IMG/VR virus record: IMGVR_UViG_3300045988_089273
Strand: one strand, 5' to 3'
DNA length: 64,000 nt
Origin: a virus
In this document: one piece after another, positions 48,090 through 58,436 of the stretch
Layout: every line of letters begins with the position of its first letter
Position numbering within the stretch: position 1 is the stretch's first letter
Notes under the pieces: model-generated
Seen by the model: the letters and a program-made list of their open reading frames with translations, nothing else
What the model was told of the DNA's origin: nothing
Databases searched by the model: none
Position numbers and translations under genes: made by a program

Positions 48090-51000
48090 CTACCCTTCAA
48101 ATATTCCGTAGCCATTACGATTTCTGAACTGCTGATTCTCTTCTTTCAGATATCCAATCAGATGTCCGTCTGCGTAGATTGCCATGCCGTTCAAGGCATT
48201 TTTGACCGCCTGCGCGATCATCTGATTATTGTCAAACGTGTTACTGCTGATTGCCATGATTTCTTTTCGAATATCATCCACAAAGTCATCTGTATCAACC
48301 GACATTCTGCTCTTTACTTCCTGATAGGACGCACTCTTTGTGATAATGTCCGCGGTTGGTGTATTGATTTTTTGTACTTCTGCGCTTATATCATTGATGG
48401 TAGATTCGACTTTTGGAAGCATATTCTGCATACCGAGCTGGAATCCCTCAACAGTAAATCCACCGAGTTCCATCATTACTCTTGATGGGCTATTGATTTT
48501 AAGAACACTTCGGATTCTACTTGTCACGCCAGACGCAATATTGCTAACCGTAGTCCATAAGCTGCTGGCCATGCTGTTTATTCCATTGATCAATCCGGAT
48601 ATTACATTTGAGCCAATAGTGTAAAGGCTTCCGATGCAATTGCTGATTCTATTTTTAAATCCACTAAACCATGTGAACGTTGAAGAGAATCCCGGTTCCA
48701 ACCCATTGTCAAAGCCTTGACCGCAGTATCCCGCAAGCCGTTCAAACCACTTGGACGGAGAGTGAGACTCTACCGCTTCCTGCGCAGGGGATTTTACACT
48801 GTTGTTCATTAAGTCAAGAATCGAGTTCTTTGTGGATTCTTTCTTTCCGTCAATTCCAGACTGTAATCCATCTGCAATGTTGCTTCCAAGGGTTTTACCG
48901 CTTGATTTTGCGGTTTCTTCTGCGCCTTTTGCAGATGATTGAATTGTAGAGTTGAGTTTATCAGTAACTTTACTGCCATTCTGCTCAATTCCGCTACCTA
49001 CGGCAAGAATCTGATTCTTTCCGAGTTCTGTAACTAATTCAAAACCAGAATTGTTATCCAGTGCTCCGTTGATTGCCCCCTGCAGAGTTGAATCCATTGT
49101 ACTTTGCAGAGTGCTTTCATAGTCAGAAATACCTTTTCCGAACTGCACCATCTGTCCGTTTGCTAAAGTATAGTAACCGTTATCGTCCGGCTCTAATCCC
49201 TTTGCAATTTCCTGATAAATCTGTAATGCTTTTTCACCGAGAATTTGTTTTCCGTTTTCCCATATGCCGCCCATCTGGTCTATTGCATTTGCTGTATCTG
49301 TTACCAGAGTCGCAAAGTCAACAGTTTGAATAAGGCTCTGGAATCCTGTAAGCTGTTCTGAGATATCTTCAAACGAAACATTGTTGATTCGCTCCGCCAT
49401 TTTTGAAAACTGATCAGAAGATGTTTCTGCCGTATCTCCAAGGTCTTTGACCGGCTCGTTCACTCCTGCTATCGCATTCTCGAAATCTTCGGATGAAACT
49501 CCGAGATTATTAAGTTTAAGTTCGAGTTCAAATAACGCCTGTTCTGTGCTATATCCGTTATCTTTCAATTCGGAAAGAAATGTTAATAAAGGATATGCTT
49601 GTTCGCCTGAAAGCTGGCTTGCGCGAACCAGACTAAGAATGGCATCTTCATACTCCTGAAATACCTTTAAATCATCCTCTGTAAGCTTATCTCCGACTCC
49701 GAATATATCTTTCAGCCATTCATCCATAGCTCCCGAGAAATCACCTTTTTGATATCCAAATACATTATCTTCCAGAAATTCCCCAAAGGTTTTATCTTCG
49801 CCGCCGAACAGATTGACACTTATCCATTTTCCGAGATTAAAGCCTGCCATTGCAGTTGCTAAGACTGTCATGGAATCAGCAAAGCCTGCAGCAAGTGTAG
49901 AACCAAGTCCAGAACCGAAGAACGTCTTCAATGCGCCGCCAGCTGTAGAAAGAACTGTTCCTAAGCCACCAAAGATTGTTTTAAGTGCCCTGATAGAACT
50001 AACTACGCCGATTATTTTTTTGGAAAATTTAAGCGCTCCTTTTACCGCAAGAAAAGTTCCAAGTGCATATCCCAACGCTTCTATTTGCTTATCGTCAAGC
50101 AGACTCAAAACTTTTGCAAGTGCTTCAAGAGCAACTGCTAAAGCGTTAATTAATGGAGCACCAATGACGTTTACCATTACATCAAAAAAATCAACAAAGG
50201 CATCTCCGAAGCCCTGCGCAAATGGTTGGAAAACATCCCATACATCACCGATTGTTTTTACCAAAAAGCTCCAATCGACATTATTAATAAAGTTTGAAAC
50301 TGTATCTTTTAGCTGACTTATTTTGTCCCATAGCCATTCCCAATCAACATCAATCACTCCGAATTTATCAAGTGCGGCAACAGTAAGACCTAGTCCAGCC
50401 GCTATCGAAGCATATGGATGTGCTGCTAACATGGCAATGCCTTTACCTATCGCTCCATCTTTTCCGAAAATACTTCCGAACCATGTAAGCCCTTTAAATG
50501 CTACGAAAGCAGTCAAGAGCTGTCCGAGAAAATATCCGATAGACTGTGCCTGTTCTGGCGAGAATGTTGCGATAAATTCTTTGAACCTGTCAATCAGATC
50601 AGGAAGTTTATTGACTCCATCTGCTGCCTTATCAAAGAAATCATCGAAGAAATCTAGCAGGCCGGTGCCGACATTCTCAGCAAATGGCTCTAACACATCC
50701 CATAACTGCACAAGAGAAGCGTTGATTTTATCCCAGTTAATTTTCATGAGAAAATCATTAAAAGCATTGATTAGTCGTGGTAATCCTTTTTCCCCAAGTG
50801 TCCACTTACCGAGTGGAACTAAAAAATGATTCCAGAAATCTTTTAATGCTGTCCATGTGAAATCTCTGAGCTGCTTCAATCCATTGTTCCAAAGATTTTT
50901 CAGAGCTTTTGTGGTAGGTTCTGCGGCTTTTGCAAGTTTCTTAAATGTATCTGTAACCTTGTTTGCGAATGCCATAGCCTTGTTTTCCATGGAATTGTAG

Positions 51001-54000
51001 GCAGCATCCCATTTTTTCTGATACTCGTCTAATAGGCTATTTAACGCGTCGTTAAGGATTCCTGCATCGAGAGCGGATGTGTCAAGGGATGGTGTCTTAA
51101 TTTTGGAATTTGCAAGGTCAGACAGAGAACTATCGTCTTTGCTCATGATTTCCAATTCGTCATAGGACGCAAGGAACTGTTTTAATTTTTTTGCATTCTT
51201 AGTCGCATTTTTCAAATTGTTATTAGTATCTTTTGTAGCATTATCAATATCAGAAATTCCAGAGTCATCTATGGAATCAAGTGCATTTGAAAGATTTTCG
51301 CTTCCGCCACCAATAGAACCGAACATTTTTCCGATTTTGGTATCAACTCCAAGAAGTGAACCGATATATGTTAAAAGTCTCTGGAATGCGATTACAAGGC
51401 CATTGATGTACGGTAATACTGCCGCAATGACTGGCATAAAGATGTTTCCTAATGCTCTGGCACAGGATACTAAGTTTGCGCGAAGTATGCGCAGCTGGTT
51501 GGCTGGCATATTAATTGTATTTGCCATATCCGCCCATGCGTACCGGGTGGAATCCAGTATTACTATTGTTCTTAACATAGCCTTACTTGCCTGATCCATT
51601 TTTGATACAGCTGTTTGTAAGCCAAGATTTGAAGCATACTGCTGTAAATTTGCCACACGAATGTTTGCGCCATATTTATCTACGGCACGGCTCATACCTA
51701 CTAATCCAGAGGATAGGTTTTCATAAACTGTACTAAAATCAAGATTCTTAACAGATGCAAGGTCAGCACCGATCATAGTCAATGCGTTTGATAACTTTAA
51801 TGCCTGCTCAGAAGTTGTTCCCATAGAGGACGATAACTGTGCAAACTGTCCTTGATAATTTAAAAGCATAGACGGGTCCATACCAAGTGACTTACCCGAT
51901 TTATTTGCGGTCAGAATTGCATTGTCCGAAACATCGAACCCAGACATTTTGGATGTAAGCTCTCTGGCTCTCTGGCTGAACGAATCTGCATATGCTTCTG
52001 CAGAGTCATACCCTGCTTCTGCCCAAGTCTTTCCCGCTTTATCCGCCACCTGTCGAAATGCTGCTTGAAAGTAGTTGTAATCTTCGAGGAAATTCATGGA
52101 ACTTTCAATTGCACCTGTAAATTTCGTAGCTGCTGTTTTCAAAGTCCAGAATTTAGCTGCCAAAGACATAATGCTCGGTATACTTTTCTTTGCGCTTGAA
52201 CCAACGTTTCCAACAGCATTTCCAAGACTATTAACCTTTCGTACTGCCCCGGCTGCTCCCTGCCCCAATCGGCTAAATGCATTCACCGTAGACTGTGCCG
52301 CCCTGCCAGCGCTTCCACCTGCATTCGCCAACTGAGCGATAGCTTGTGTCATTTGTATGGTATTGCGGCTGATTTTTGGTGCGGTACTCATTGTCTGGAA
52401 GAATGATTTAAGATTCTTTGACAAATTTTCAAGTTGATCGGCTGTCTTTTTCGTTTTATCCCCTGCGTTCGCCAGCTGCGCGATTGACTGAACAAAAATA
52501 TTAATCGGTTGAGAAACTTCTCCTATGCCAGAAAATGAAGCTGTGATTTTCCCAAGTTCTTCGCCAAGATTCGGAAGCTTAGATGCAACTGTATCAATAG
52601 AACTGCCGGCATTCGCCAATCTCGCCAGTGAAGAAACAAACCGGTTCACATTGTTTGACACGTCTGGAATACTGCTAAGGCCAGATAATTCGGAAATCAT
52701 CTTCTGAATCTTTCCAGACACATCGCCTGTGGAATTTAACGTTTCGTTCAATCTACGAATGGCATTTACAAATGAATTTAATCCGCTGTCTTTCAGATTT
52801 AGATTCCCAAGCGTACTCATGGACTGCGTAAACTGCTCTAATTGGCTATTTACTGTCGATAAATCCAGTCCGTTCAGTTTGGATTCGATATTGCTCTTTA
52901 TATCATCCGTATTTACTGACAGATTTACTTTTACCGGGTCATAGGTGAGCGTAGATGCCTTATTAATGGCGTTTCGAATGTCTCTGGCAATTTTATCCTC
53001 ATTAACCTTTACATCAATTGGAATTTGACCGTTTGCTGACTCCATGGCAGAGGAAATATTCTTCTGGATTGCAACTCCGAGCTGTTTTCCCATTTCAGAG
53101 ACGGATTCATATACCTGCGTAGATGCTAAATCTGATTCTGAACCCATGAGGGATTGAATAGACACCGGTTTAATGGAATCTCTGACTTTTTTGAGGTTTT
53201 CAAGGACAGTTATCAACTGATCTGCGTCGTTGATGGTATCCTTTGGAATCAATGTAGGGAACTTTTCTGATAGTTCTCCCCATGCCGAGTTAAGGTTAAT
53301 TCCTTTTGTCACATCAACTGTGATATTTCCAAGGTATTGCTGCAATAATTCCCTGAACTCGCCTTTTCCGATGTCTGCTTTGAGCATATCGGAAACGTAG
53401 ATTTTTTTGCCCTTGAAATAATTGTAAAAGTCCTGCCACTCTTGTTCTGCACCATCCAGATAACTTCCGAGATTAGATTTTACAACCTTTCCGCTCTGCT
53501 CAATGCTTTTTGCAATATCATCCAGAGTCTTTCCCCAGTCACCGGCTGTGAAGTTTTGTCCGTCAAATGAATTTGTAAGCTGCTGTGCCAACAAATCTAT
53601 CTGTCTTTGAAGTTTGGAAGCGGCGCCGCCTTTTAATTCAAATGCGCTTGCGAGCTGTCTGGACAAAGCCGATGCGTCTATTTTTGTAGCATCCAAAGAT
53701 TTTTCGACAGAATATTTCAGCTTTTCAGACATATCCGCCGAATTAATCTCTACGTTCACTTTGAGATTCTTATTTTCAAGATTGCTCAAATTTATTTTGC
53801 TGAGACGTTCGAGTTGCGCAGCTATTGTAGTCAGCTTCCCGGAATCTATGCTGTTAAGTGCTTGAACAGCAGAATTGACCGTACCGACAGAGGACGAAAA
53901 ATGTCTGAGATACTTGATACTCTCAGACATACGACTACTCAGGCGATTCAGTTTATTACATAAATCATCAATGGATTTACTTGCATTTGATACGTTACTG

Positions 54001-54041
54001 CTGACCTCTATCGCAAGGCTGTCTATTGTGTTGTCAGGCAT
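48090..54041 (-). CDS. tail tape measure protein (1983 aa)
   Basis: Its size, its position after the chaperone pair, and long Ala/Gly/Ser/Leu-rich helical and hydrophobic segments. Confidence 0.9.
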   Translation of the reverse strand: MPDNTIDSLAIEVSSNVSNASKSIDDLCNKLNRLSSRMSESIKYLRHFSSSVGTVNSAVQALNSIDSGKLTTIAAQLERLSKINLSNLENKNLKVNVEINSADMSEKLKYSVEKSLDATKIDASALSRQLASAFELKGGAASKLQRQIDLLAQQLTNSFDGQNFTAGDWGKTLDDIAKSIEQSGKVVKSNLGSYLDGAEQEWQDFYNYFKGKKIYVSDMLKADIGKGEFRELLQQYLGNITVDVTKGINLNSAWGELSEKFPTLIPKDTINDADQLITVLENLKKVRDSIKPVSIQSLMGSESDLASTQVYESVSEMGKQLGVAIQKNISSAMESANGQIPIDVKVNEDKIARDIRNAINKASTLTYDPVKVNLSVNTDDIKSNIESKLNGLDLSTVNSQLEQFTQSMSTLGNLNLKDSGLNSFVNAIRRLNETLNSTGDVSGKIQKMISELSGLSSIPDVSNNVNRFVSSLARLANAGSSIDTVASKLPNLGEELGKITASFSGIGEVSQPINIFVQSIAQLANAGDKTKKTADQLENLSKNLKSFFQTMSTAPKISRNTIQMTQAIAQLANAGGSAGRAAQSTVNAFSRLGQGAAGAVRKVNSLGNAVGNVGSSAKKSIPSIMSLAAKFWTLKTAATKFTGAIESSMNFLEDYNYFQAAFRQVADKAGKTWAEAGYDSAEAYADSFSQRARELTSKMSGFDVSDNAILTANKSGKSLGMDPSMLLNYQGQFAQLSSSMGTTSEQALKLSNALTMIGADLASVKNLDFSTVYENLSSGLVGMSRAVDKYGANIRVANLQQYASNLGLQTAVSKMDQASKAMLRTIVILDSTRYAWADMANTINMPANQLRILRANLVSCARALGNIFMPVIAAVLPYINGLVIAFQRLLTYIGSLLGVDTKIGKMFGSIGGGSENLSNALDSIDDSGISDIDNATKDTNNNLKNATKNAKKLKQFLASYDELEIMSKDDSSLSDLANSKIKTPSLDTSALDAGILNDALNSLLDEYQKKWDAAYNSMENKAMAFANKVTDTFKKLAKAAEPTTKALKNLWNNGLKQLRDFTWTALKDFWNHFLVPLGKWTLGEKGLPRLINAFNDFLMKINWDKINASLVQLWDVLEPFAENVGTGLLDFFDDFFDKAADGVNKLPDLIDRFKEFIATFSPEQAQSIGYFLGQLLTAFVAFKGLTWFGSIFGKDGAIGKGIAMLAAHPYASIAAGLGLTVAALDKFGVIDVDWEWLWDKISQLKDTVSNFINNVDWSFLVKTIGDVWDVFQPFAQGFGDAFVDFFDVMVNVIGAPLINALAVALEALAKVLSLLDDKQIEALGYALGTFLAVKGALKFSKKIIGVVSSIRALKTIFGGLGTVLSTAGGALKTFFGSGLGSTLAAGFADSMTVLATAMAGFNLGKWISVNLFGGEDKTFGEFLEDNVFGYQKGDFSGAMDEWLKDIFGVGDKLTEDDLKVFQEYEDAILSLVRASQLSGEQAYPLLTFLSELKDNGYSTEQALFELELKLNNLGVSSEDFENAIAGVNEPVKDLGDTAETSSDQFSKMAERINNVSFEDISEQLTGFQSLIQTVDFATLVTDTANAIDQMGGIWENGKQILGEKALQIYQEIAKGLEPDDNGYYTLANGQMVQFGKGISDYESTLQSTMDSTLQGAINGALDNNSGFELVTELGKNQILAVGSGIEQNGSKVTDKLNSTIQSSAKGAEETAKSSGKTLGSNIADGLQSGIDGKKESTKNSILDLMNNSVKSPAQEAVESHSPSKWFERLAGYCGQGFDNGLEPGFSSTFTWFSGFKNRISNCIGSLYTIGSNVISGLINGINSMASSLWTTVSNIASGVTSRIRSVLKINSPSRVMMELGGFTVEGFQLGMQNMLPKVESTINDISAEVQKINTPTADIITKSASYQEVKSRMSVDTDDFVDDIRKEIMAISSNTFDNNQMIAQAVKNALNGMAIYADGHLIGYLKEENQQFRNRNGYGIFEG

Positions 54042-54087
54042 ATAAGCACCTCCTTTATTTCAAAAAAATAAAGGGCAAGCAAGACTA

Positions 54088-54468
54088 CTATTCATCCTGC
54101 TTGCCCTTTTTATTACCTATTTCAGATATATTTGCATTTGCCTGCCTGATAAGAAGTTCGTAGTAACGTTCTTCTTGTCTTAGTTCTGCTTCTGATTTCT
54201 TCGGCGTATCTGGATTATGTTCAACCCAATTATTTTGTTTTTCCTGCGTAATTGGTTTACTTGGATAACTAGCCTTTCTCGGAAATAGCACACACGAAAT
54301 ACTTGCTTTCATATACAGTCCGGTCAGCCACGACTGATAGTCCATGTTTATTAACTGCGACTGAATTTCTTCGTTCTTTAAGATTCCATATTGTTCTATA
54401 CGGATTCTTAGGTCTTTCAGGGTACTTCTGAGAAATTCTTTTCTTGACATCCCAATACGCACAGCCAT
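54088..54468 (-). CDS. tail assembly chaperone, downstream (T-like) frame
   Basis: Lies in the -1 frame relative to 54489..54974. That frame is open back through the A6 run at 54504..54509. Confidence 0.6.
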   Translation of the reverse strand: MAVRIGMSRKEFLRSTLKDLRIRIEQYGILKNEEIQSQLINMDYQSWLTGLYMKASISCVLFPRKASYPSKPITQEKQNNWVEHNPDTPKKSEAELRQEERYYELLIRQANANISEIGNKKGKQDE

Positions 54469-54488
54469 TGGGTATAATTCATCCCAGA

Positions 54489-54974
54489 TTATTTCGCTGT
54501 AGCTTTTTTCAGATGATCTGCCGGCTTCTTCGGCGCTTTCTTCGCTTTCACAGAGTCCATTGCCGCATTCATGTTGTCCATGAACGTTTCCAGACCGGTT
54601 AATTTGAAAAAACCATCTTCCTCCATCTGTTCAATGCACATAGAAAACAGGCCGTAGAAGTTTCCCTGCTCATCATCTTTATGTTCAGTCATATACTGTG
54701 TTGCAAGTTTTTTGGCGGTATCTAAATCCGGGACAGTGCCATCACCGTCAGAATGGTTGCCGTGATATTGAAGCAATCCAGCATAAAACGCATTGAGTGC
54801 AGTATTCGGGATGCTGCTCATTCCAGAAACCATTTCTTTAAGGCTTCTGTCTGTTCCACCACTTGTGGAAACCAACATATTCATTACGGATTTCACGCAA
54901 TCATCAAACAGTGATGCTTCAATTCCATATTCAAGTTTGTAGTCTTTACCGCCGATTCTTAAAACTTTATACAT
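54489..54974 (-). CDS. tail assembly chaperone (G-like)
   Basis: 161 aa between the major tail protein and the tape measure. MYKVLRIGGKDYKLEYGIEASLF... is typical of this family. Confidence 0.7.
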   Translation of the reverse strand: MYKVLRIGGKDYKLEYGIEASLFDDCVKSVMNMLVSTSGGTDRSLKEMVSGMSSIPNTALNAFYAGLLQYHGNHSDGDGTVPDLDTAKKLATQYMTEHKDDEQGNFYGLFSMCIEQMEEDGFFKLTGLETFMDNMNAAMDSVKAKKAPKKPADHLKKATAK

Positions 54975-54997
54975 ATTATTTGTCCTCCCAAATATGT

Positions 54998-55492
54998 TTA
55001 AATTTCGCTTTCAGTTGGAACTACCGCTTCACTCGGTCCAACGTATTCATTGATAGTAAGAGACATTTCAACGGTTAACAGGCCGTTCTGATCTCTTGCT
55101 GGTTTAGGAATGATTGTCGGCGGCTCGATTTTGGTGAAGAATGCTTTTTTGAGAGACGGGAAGTATTCTTCATACCACATGGATTTTCCCTCTGTTTTTG
55201 CTGTTTTGTATTCACTGATTAAAGATTCCCATTCAGCGATAGTTTCATCGGTTACGTTCACAGTTACGTTGAATGTACCACCTGTAGAACCACGTCCTGC
55301 AATAGTTCTTTCGACTTCATCTTCAAGTGCAGAAGCGTCAATTGTCTCTACACCAATTTTGATCTCGTCAGAAGCATTAATTCTGTGGAGAAGTTTGAAA
55401 GTTGTCGGTTTAGTACCTGCTGTTGTTTCAACTGCATATCCGGTAAGCGAACCAACGGTACTTACGCCTGCTATATTTCCTTTTGCTGCCAT
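54998..55492 (-). CDS. major tail protein
   Basis: 164 aa, immediately upstream of the chaperones. Thr/Gly/Val-rich beta-type sequence. Confidence 0.65.
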   Translation of the reverse strand: MAAKGNIAGVSTVGSLTGYAVETTAGTKPTTFKLLHRINASDEIKIGVETIDASALEDEVERTIAGRGSTGGTFNVTVNVTDETIAEWESLISEYKTAKTEGKSMWYEEYFPSLKKAFFTKIEPPTIIPKPARDQNGLLTVEMSLTINEYVGPSEAVVPTESEI

Positions 55493-55530
55493 ATTCGGCT
55501 CCTTTCTGCTTTTTCAGCTATAAAATTACA

Positions 55531-55554
55531 ATAAAAAAGAGCCTTGCCGGCTCT
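55531..55554 (-). terminator. terminator-like hairpin between the holin-like gene and the major tail gene
   Basis: AGAGCC pairs with GGCTCT (55538..55543 with 55549..55554), followed on the minus strand by TTTTTTAT. Confidence 0.45.
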
Positions 55555-55599
55555 GACACGTAACCCTGTGCCCGGGAGATAAAAGGATCACCGTCCTTT

Positions 55600-55812
55600 C
55601 TATTCATCTGTGCCTGTTTTCAGTTCTGGAAGCCCTGCTACAGATGTAAGCAAGGATAAAACGCCGGAAAGAACGGACGCCGATACGACCATCTTCCAGT
55701 CAACGCTTCCAAGGACTGTTGCGGTTCCGATTGTCGCAACTGCTGTCTGAGCAATTGTCTTAACAGCTCTAATTCCCGCAGCTTTCAGCCATTGTAATTT
55801 ATCTTTACTCAT
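55600..55812 (-). CDS. holin-like membrane protein (r1t/LL-H-type pattern)
   Basis: RAVKTIAQTAVATIGTATVLGSVDWKMVVSASVLSGVLSLLTSV has two TM segments with the A.KT.AQT motif. Confidence 0.5.
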   Translation of the reverse strand: MSKDKLQWLKAAGIRAVKTIAQTAVATIGTATVLGSVDWKMVVSASVLSGVLSLLTSVAGLPELKTGTDE

Positions 55813-55853
55813 AGGACACTCTCCTTTCTTTTTGGTATAAAAAATAGAAGCTG

Positions 55854-56261
55854 TTACGCTTCCAATAATTGCCCGGTGTAAATTCTGCTGTACCGGCTTA
55901 TGATTCGTTTGAAACTCTTTTCGGAGTTTGCAACTTCTTCTGGCCCGTATGTCCGGCGAAAACCCATTGAAACCATAGCCTGATGACTTTTACTGTCGAT
56001 TTCGTATGCAGTCGATAAAGCCTTTGTTCCAGATGCGTAACTTTCCGTTTGAAACGAAAGAACCGTTGCGCATTCGTGGCCTTCGAGACTTGTTGACTGT
56101 GTGGGATTCCCCATCATGAACAATCTGGCGTATTTCGTTTTGCCAGATGCTATTGTCTGGCTTTTCTCCATGGAAAAATTGCCTTTGCCGACTGTTGGCT
56201 GAATATCTTTACTCCACCTAGAAAATACTTCTGATACTGGGTTATTGATCACGTCTGGCAT
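55854..56261 (-). CDS. tail completion/terminator-type structural protein, by position (135 aa)
   Basis: ORF-track frame between the connector genes and the major tail protein. No motif recognised. Confidence 0.4.
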   Translation of the reverse strand: MPDVINNPVSEVFSRWSKDIQPTVGKGNFSMEKSQTIASGKTKYARLFMMGNPTQSTSLEGHECATVLSFQTESYASGTKALSTAYEIDSKSHQAMVSMGFRRTYGPEEVANSEKSFKRIISRYSRIYTGQLLEA

Positions 56262-56267
56262 TTTATA

Positions 56268-56993
56268 TCACCCTGCCTGTTCTAACATATTCTGGGTCTG
56301 GGTTTGAACAAATTCTTTTATCTGTTGATAGCCCCAGCCGCAATTAATAAGGCTACTCACAAGCATCTCCATTTCTTGAATCTTTTCCAAATCTTCACCT
56401 GTGAAAAAATCTCGAAGATTTTCTTTTGCTTTTACACCATAATCTTTTTCGAGTTCTTTTGCTGTCTTTCCGAACAAATTACGATAAATTAAATTTGTGT
56501 AATTGGGATAGGCAAACTTTTTATGCGGGCTATCATTAACTTTCATTTTGATGGTATCTGTGAGTATATGCCGAATGACAACACCTTTGTCACGTTCGAT
56601 TTGCCATTGTTGACGTTCCGTAAGGATTCTCTTTAATTCAGCCTCCATTTTATTAAAGGCATTAATGTATTTGATTTTCCAGCATAAAGCTTTTTCACCA
56701 CTAAATCCCATAGCCAATAGTGAAAACCCATCTCTTGTCACAAGATACTCTGTGTATTCACGATTATTCGCTCCAACATAGGAAGTTTTTATGAAATAAT
56801 CAGAAAGGGGGATATCTCCCCTTTGAGAAATCTGTGCCGCAAGTCCCAAATGTTTAACTTTACCTTCGGCGTCAACTTGCCCTTCAATGGTTCTGATTAC
56901 CTCTTTGTGTTCTTTCTCAAAAGATTCCGCAATTTTTCTCGATGTAGTAAGTATTTTTTCTTCATATCTTTTACCAACAATTTCTACCAGCAT
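56268..56993 (-). CDS. phage regulatory protein Rha
   Basis: ILTTSRKIAESFEKEHKEVIRTIEG...YLVTRDGFSLLAMGFSGEKALCWKIKYINAFNKME. Start at ATG 56993 with AAGGAG 8 nt upstream. Confidence 0.8.
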   Translation of the reverse strand: MLVEIVGKRYEEKILTTSRKIAESFEKEHKEVIRTIEGQVDAEGKVKHLGLAAQISQRGDIPLSDYFIKTSYVGANNREYTEYLVTRDGFSLLAMGFSGEKALCWKIKYINAFNKMEAELKRILTERQQWQIERDKGVVIRHILTDTIKMKVNDSPHKKFAYPNYTNLIYRNLFGKTAKELEKDYGVKAKENLRDFFTGEDLEKIQEMEMLVSSLINCGWGYQQIKEFVQTQTQNMLEQAG

Positions 56994-57216
56994 AAATTCA
57001 ATCTCCTTTTCTGATTTATTTTGGTATATAAAAGCACCCACCGTTCAGGTAGATGCTTTTATATGTTACAGTATATCATTTTTAATAAATATGATTCCAT
57101 ATGATTGCATAGTATATTCGTGTTTCTTTATGAACTGAATACTTCTTTTGCAATTTTTCTGATGTTTTGCATGATTTTCACGCTTGCCTTATAAACCGGC
57201 ATGGTGGCTTCAGTGC

Positions 57217-58101
57217 TTATTCTCTTCCTAAATTTCTCATCTGCAAATTACCTTTATAAAATAAATCATCTATTCCCCTTATTCCTCTATAATACCTTCC
57301 AATAACTTTATTGTATGGCACATCGTATATTTCACACCATTCTGAAAGTGATTTATTATCCCCACCTATATCAAGTCTAACGGTATTTCTTCTATTACGG
57401 GTTTGTAATTTTCTGTCAATCCAACAACAATTTTCGGGACAATAATTCCCGTTCACATCTTTTCTTTCGATAGAGAGGTTTTTATTTGGCTTAAACCCTG
57501 TTTCATCAGCCCATTTTGAAAAATTTCGTATGTCTTTCCACTCTTCGCAAACTTTAATACCACGTCCACCATAATCATTATAATGTTTATTATGTGGATT
57601 GCCGCATCTATTAATCATTGCATTCCATATGCTGTAAACAGGATGGTGAGTCAATTCATGGTGATTTGTTATGCCTAAATTAATAATATCTTGTTTTTTC
57701 TTGTCGCATCCGCAAGAAGTAATAACTTTAAGAGTATCGCTTCTTACCGATTTTGTTGTTCCACACTCACATCTTACAATCCAATAAGATTTTTTATTAA
57801 TAATTTTATCTAATTTCAACACTGTTAATTTTCCGAATTTCTTACCGGAAATATCTTTTACATTTTCACCTTTTGTAAATTGTCCTTTCTTATTTCTGCA
57901 TTTAGAATCCATGCATCCGCAATTATCAATCTTTCCATGCACAAGCCTTGTAGAGCTTATGATTTTAGTATTCCCACAATCACATTTGCACATCCACATA
58001 GCATGCTTCCCGATACCTGCAACTTCTTCTGATTTAATTCTGTAAACGGCAGTTAATTTCCCGAATCTCTCACCAGCAAGATTAGGCGTAGGTCTTGGCA
58101 T
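57217..58101 (-). CDS. HNH-like homing-endonuclease-type DNA-binding protein
   Basis: Two GKLT(A/V)...W.C.C.CG....SCGC modules. Then YSIWNAMINRCGNPHNKHYNDYGGRGIKVCEEW and SIERKDVNGNYCPENCCW, as in phage HNH_3/AP2-type endonucleases. Confidence 0.5.
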   Translation of the reverse strand: MPRPTPNLAGERFGKLTAVYRIKSEEVAGIGKHAMWMCKCDCGNTKIISSTRLVHGKIDNCGCMDSKCRNKKGQFTKGENVKDISGKKFGKLTVLKLDKIINKKSYWIVRCECGTTKSVRSDTLKVITSCGCDKKKQDIINLGITNHHELTHHPVYSIWNAMINRCGNPHNKHYNDYGGRGIKVCEEWKDIRNFSKWADETGFKPNKNLSIERKDVNGNYCPENCCWIDRKLQTRNRRNTVRLDIGGDNKSLSEWCEIYDVPYNKVIGRYYRGIRGIDDLFYKGNLQMRNLGRE

Positions 58102-58173
58102 ATAATCATCTCCTGTATAAATTATTTAATTTAATTATAAACTATATGATTTATTTTTTCAAGAATATTAAAA

Positions 58174-58202
58174 TTTACAATTTACATTTATAATGTTATA
58201 AT
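58174..58202 (+). promoter_or_regulatory. near-consensus promoter (TTTACA, 17 nt, TATAAT)
   Basis: Hexamers at 58174..58179 and 58197..58202, 27 nt before ATG 58230. Confidence 0.6.
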
Positions 58203-58229
58203 TTAACAAATAGATGATAGGAGTGTTTT

Positions 58230-58436
58230 ATGGAACTAAAATCCAAATTAAAAGCAATAATTATTTCACAAGGATTTACTATGAGCCAGGTAAATAGCGA
58301 AATAAACCGTAGGCATGGAACAAATTTTACCTTTCAAAATTTTAGCAATCGCTTCAGAAAGGAAACCTTTTCATATTCTGAAGTAGAAGAAATTTTGAAT
58401 ATTGTTGGATACCATATAGAATGGATAAAAGATTAA
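58230..58436 (+). CDS. small plus-strand protein (68 aa), HTH-like
   Basis: The only plus-strand gene in the structural module. It has its own promoter and a TAGGAG RBS. Its 3' end overlaps the convergent gene by 4 nt. Confidence 0.6.
   Translation: MELKSKLKAIIISQGFTMSQVNSEINRRHGTNFTFQNFSNRFRKETFSYSEVEEILNIVGYHIEWIKD

Noticed and set aside
43486-53865. Numerous 60-180-aa plus-strand ORFs inside the tape measure and large tail protein genes.
   Set aside because: All lie antisense within very long, domain-rich minus-strand genes. They have low-complexity Ser/Phe/Leu-rich translations and no RBSs.
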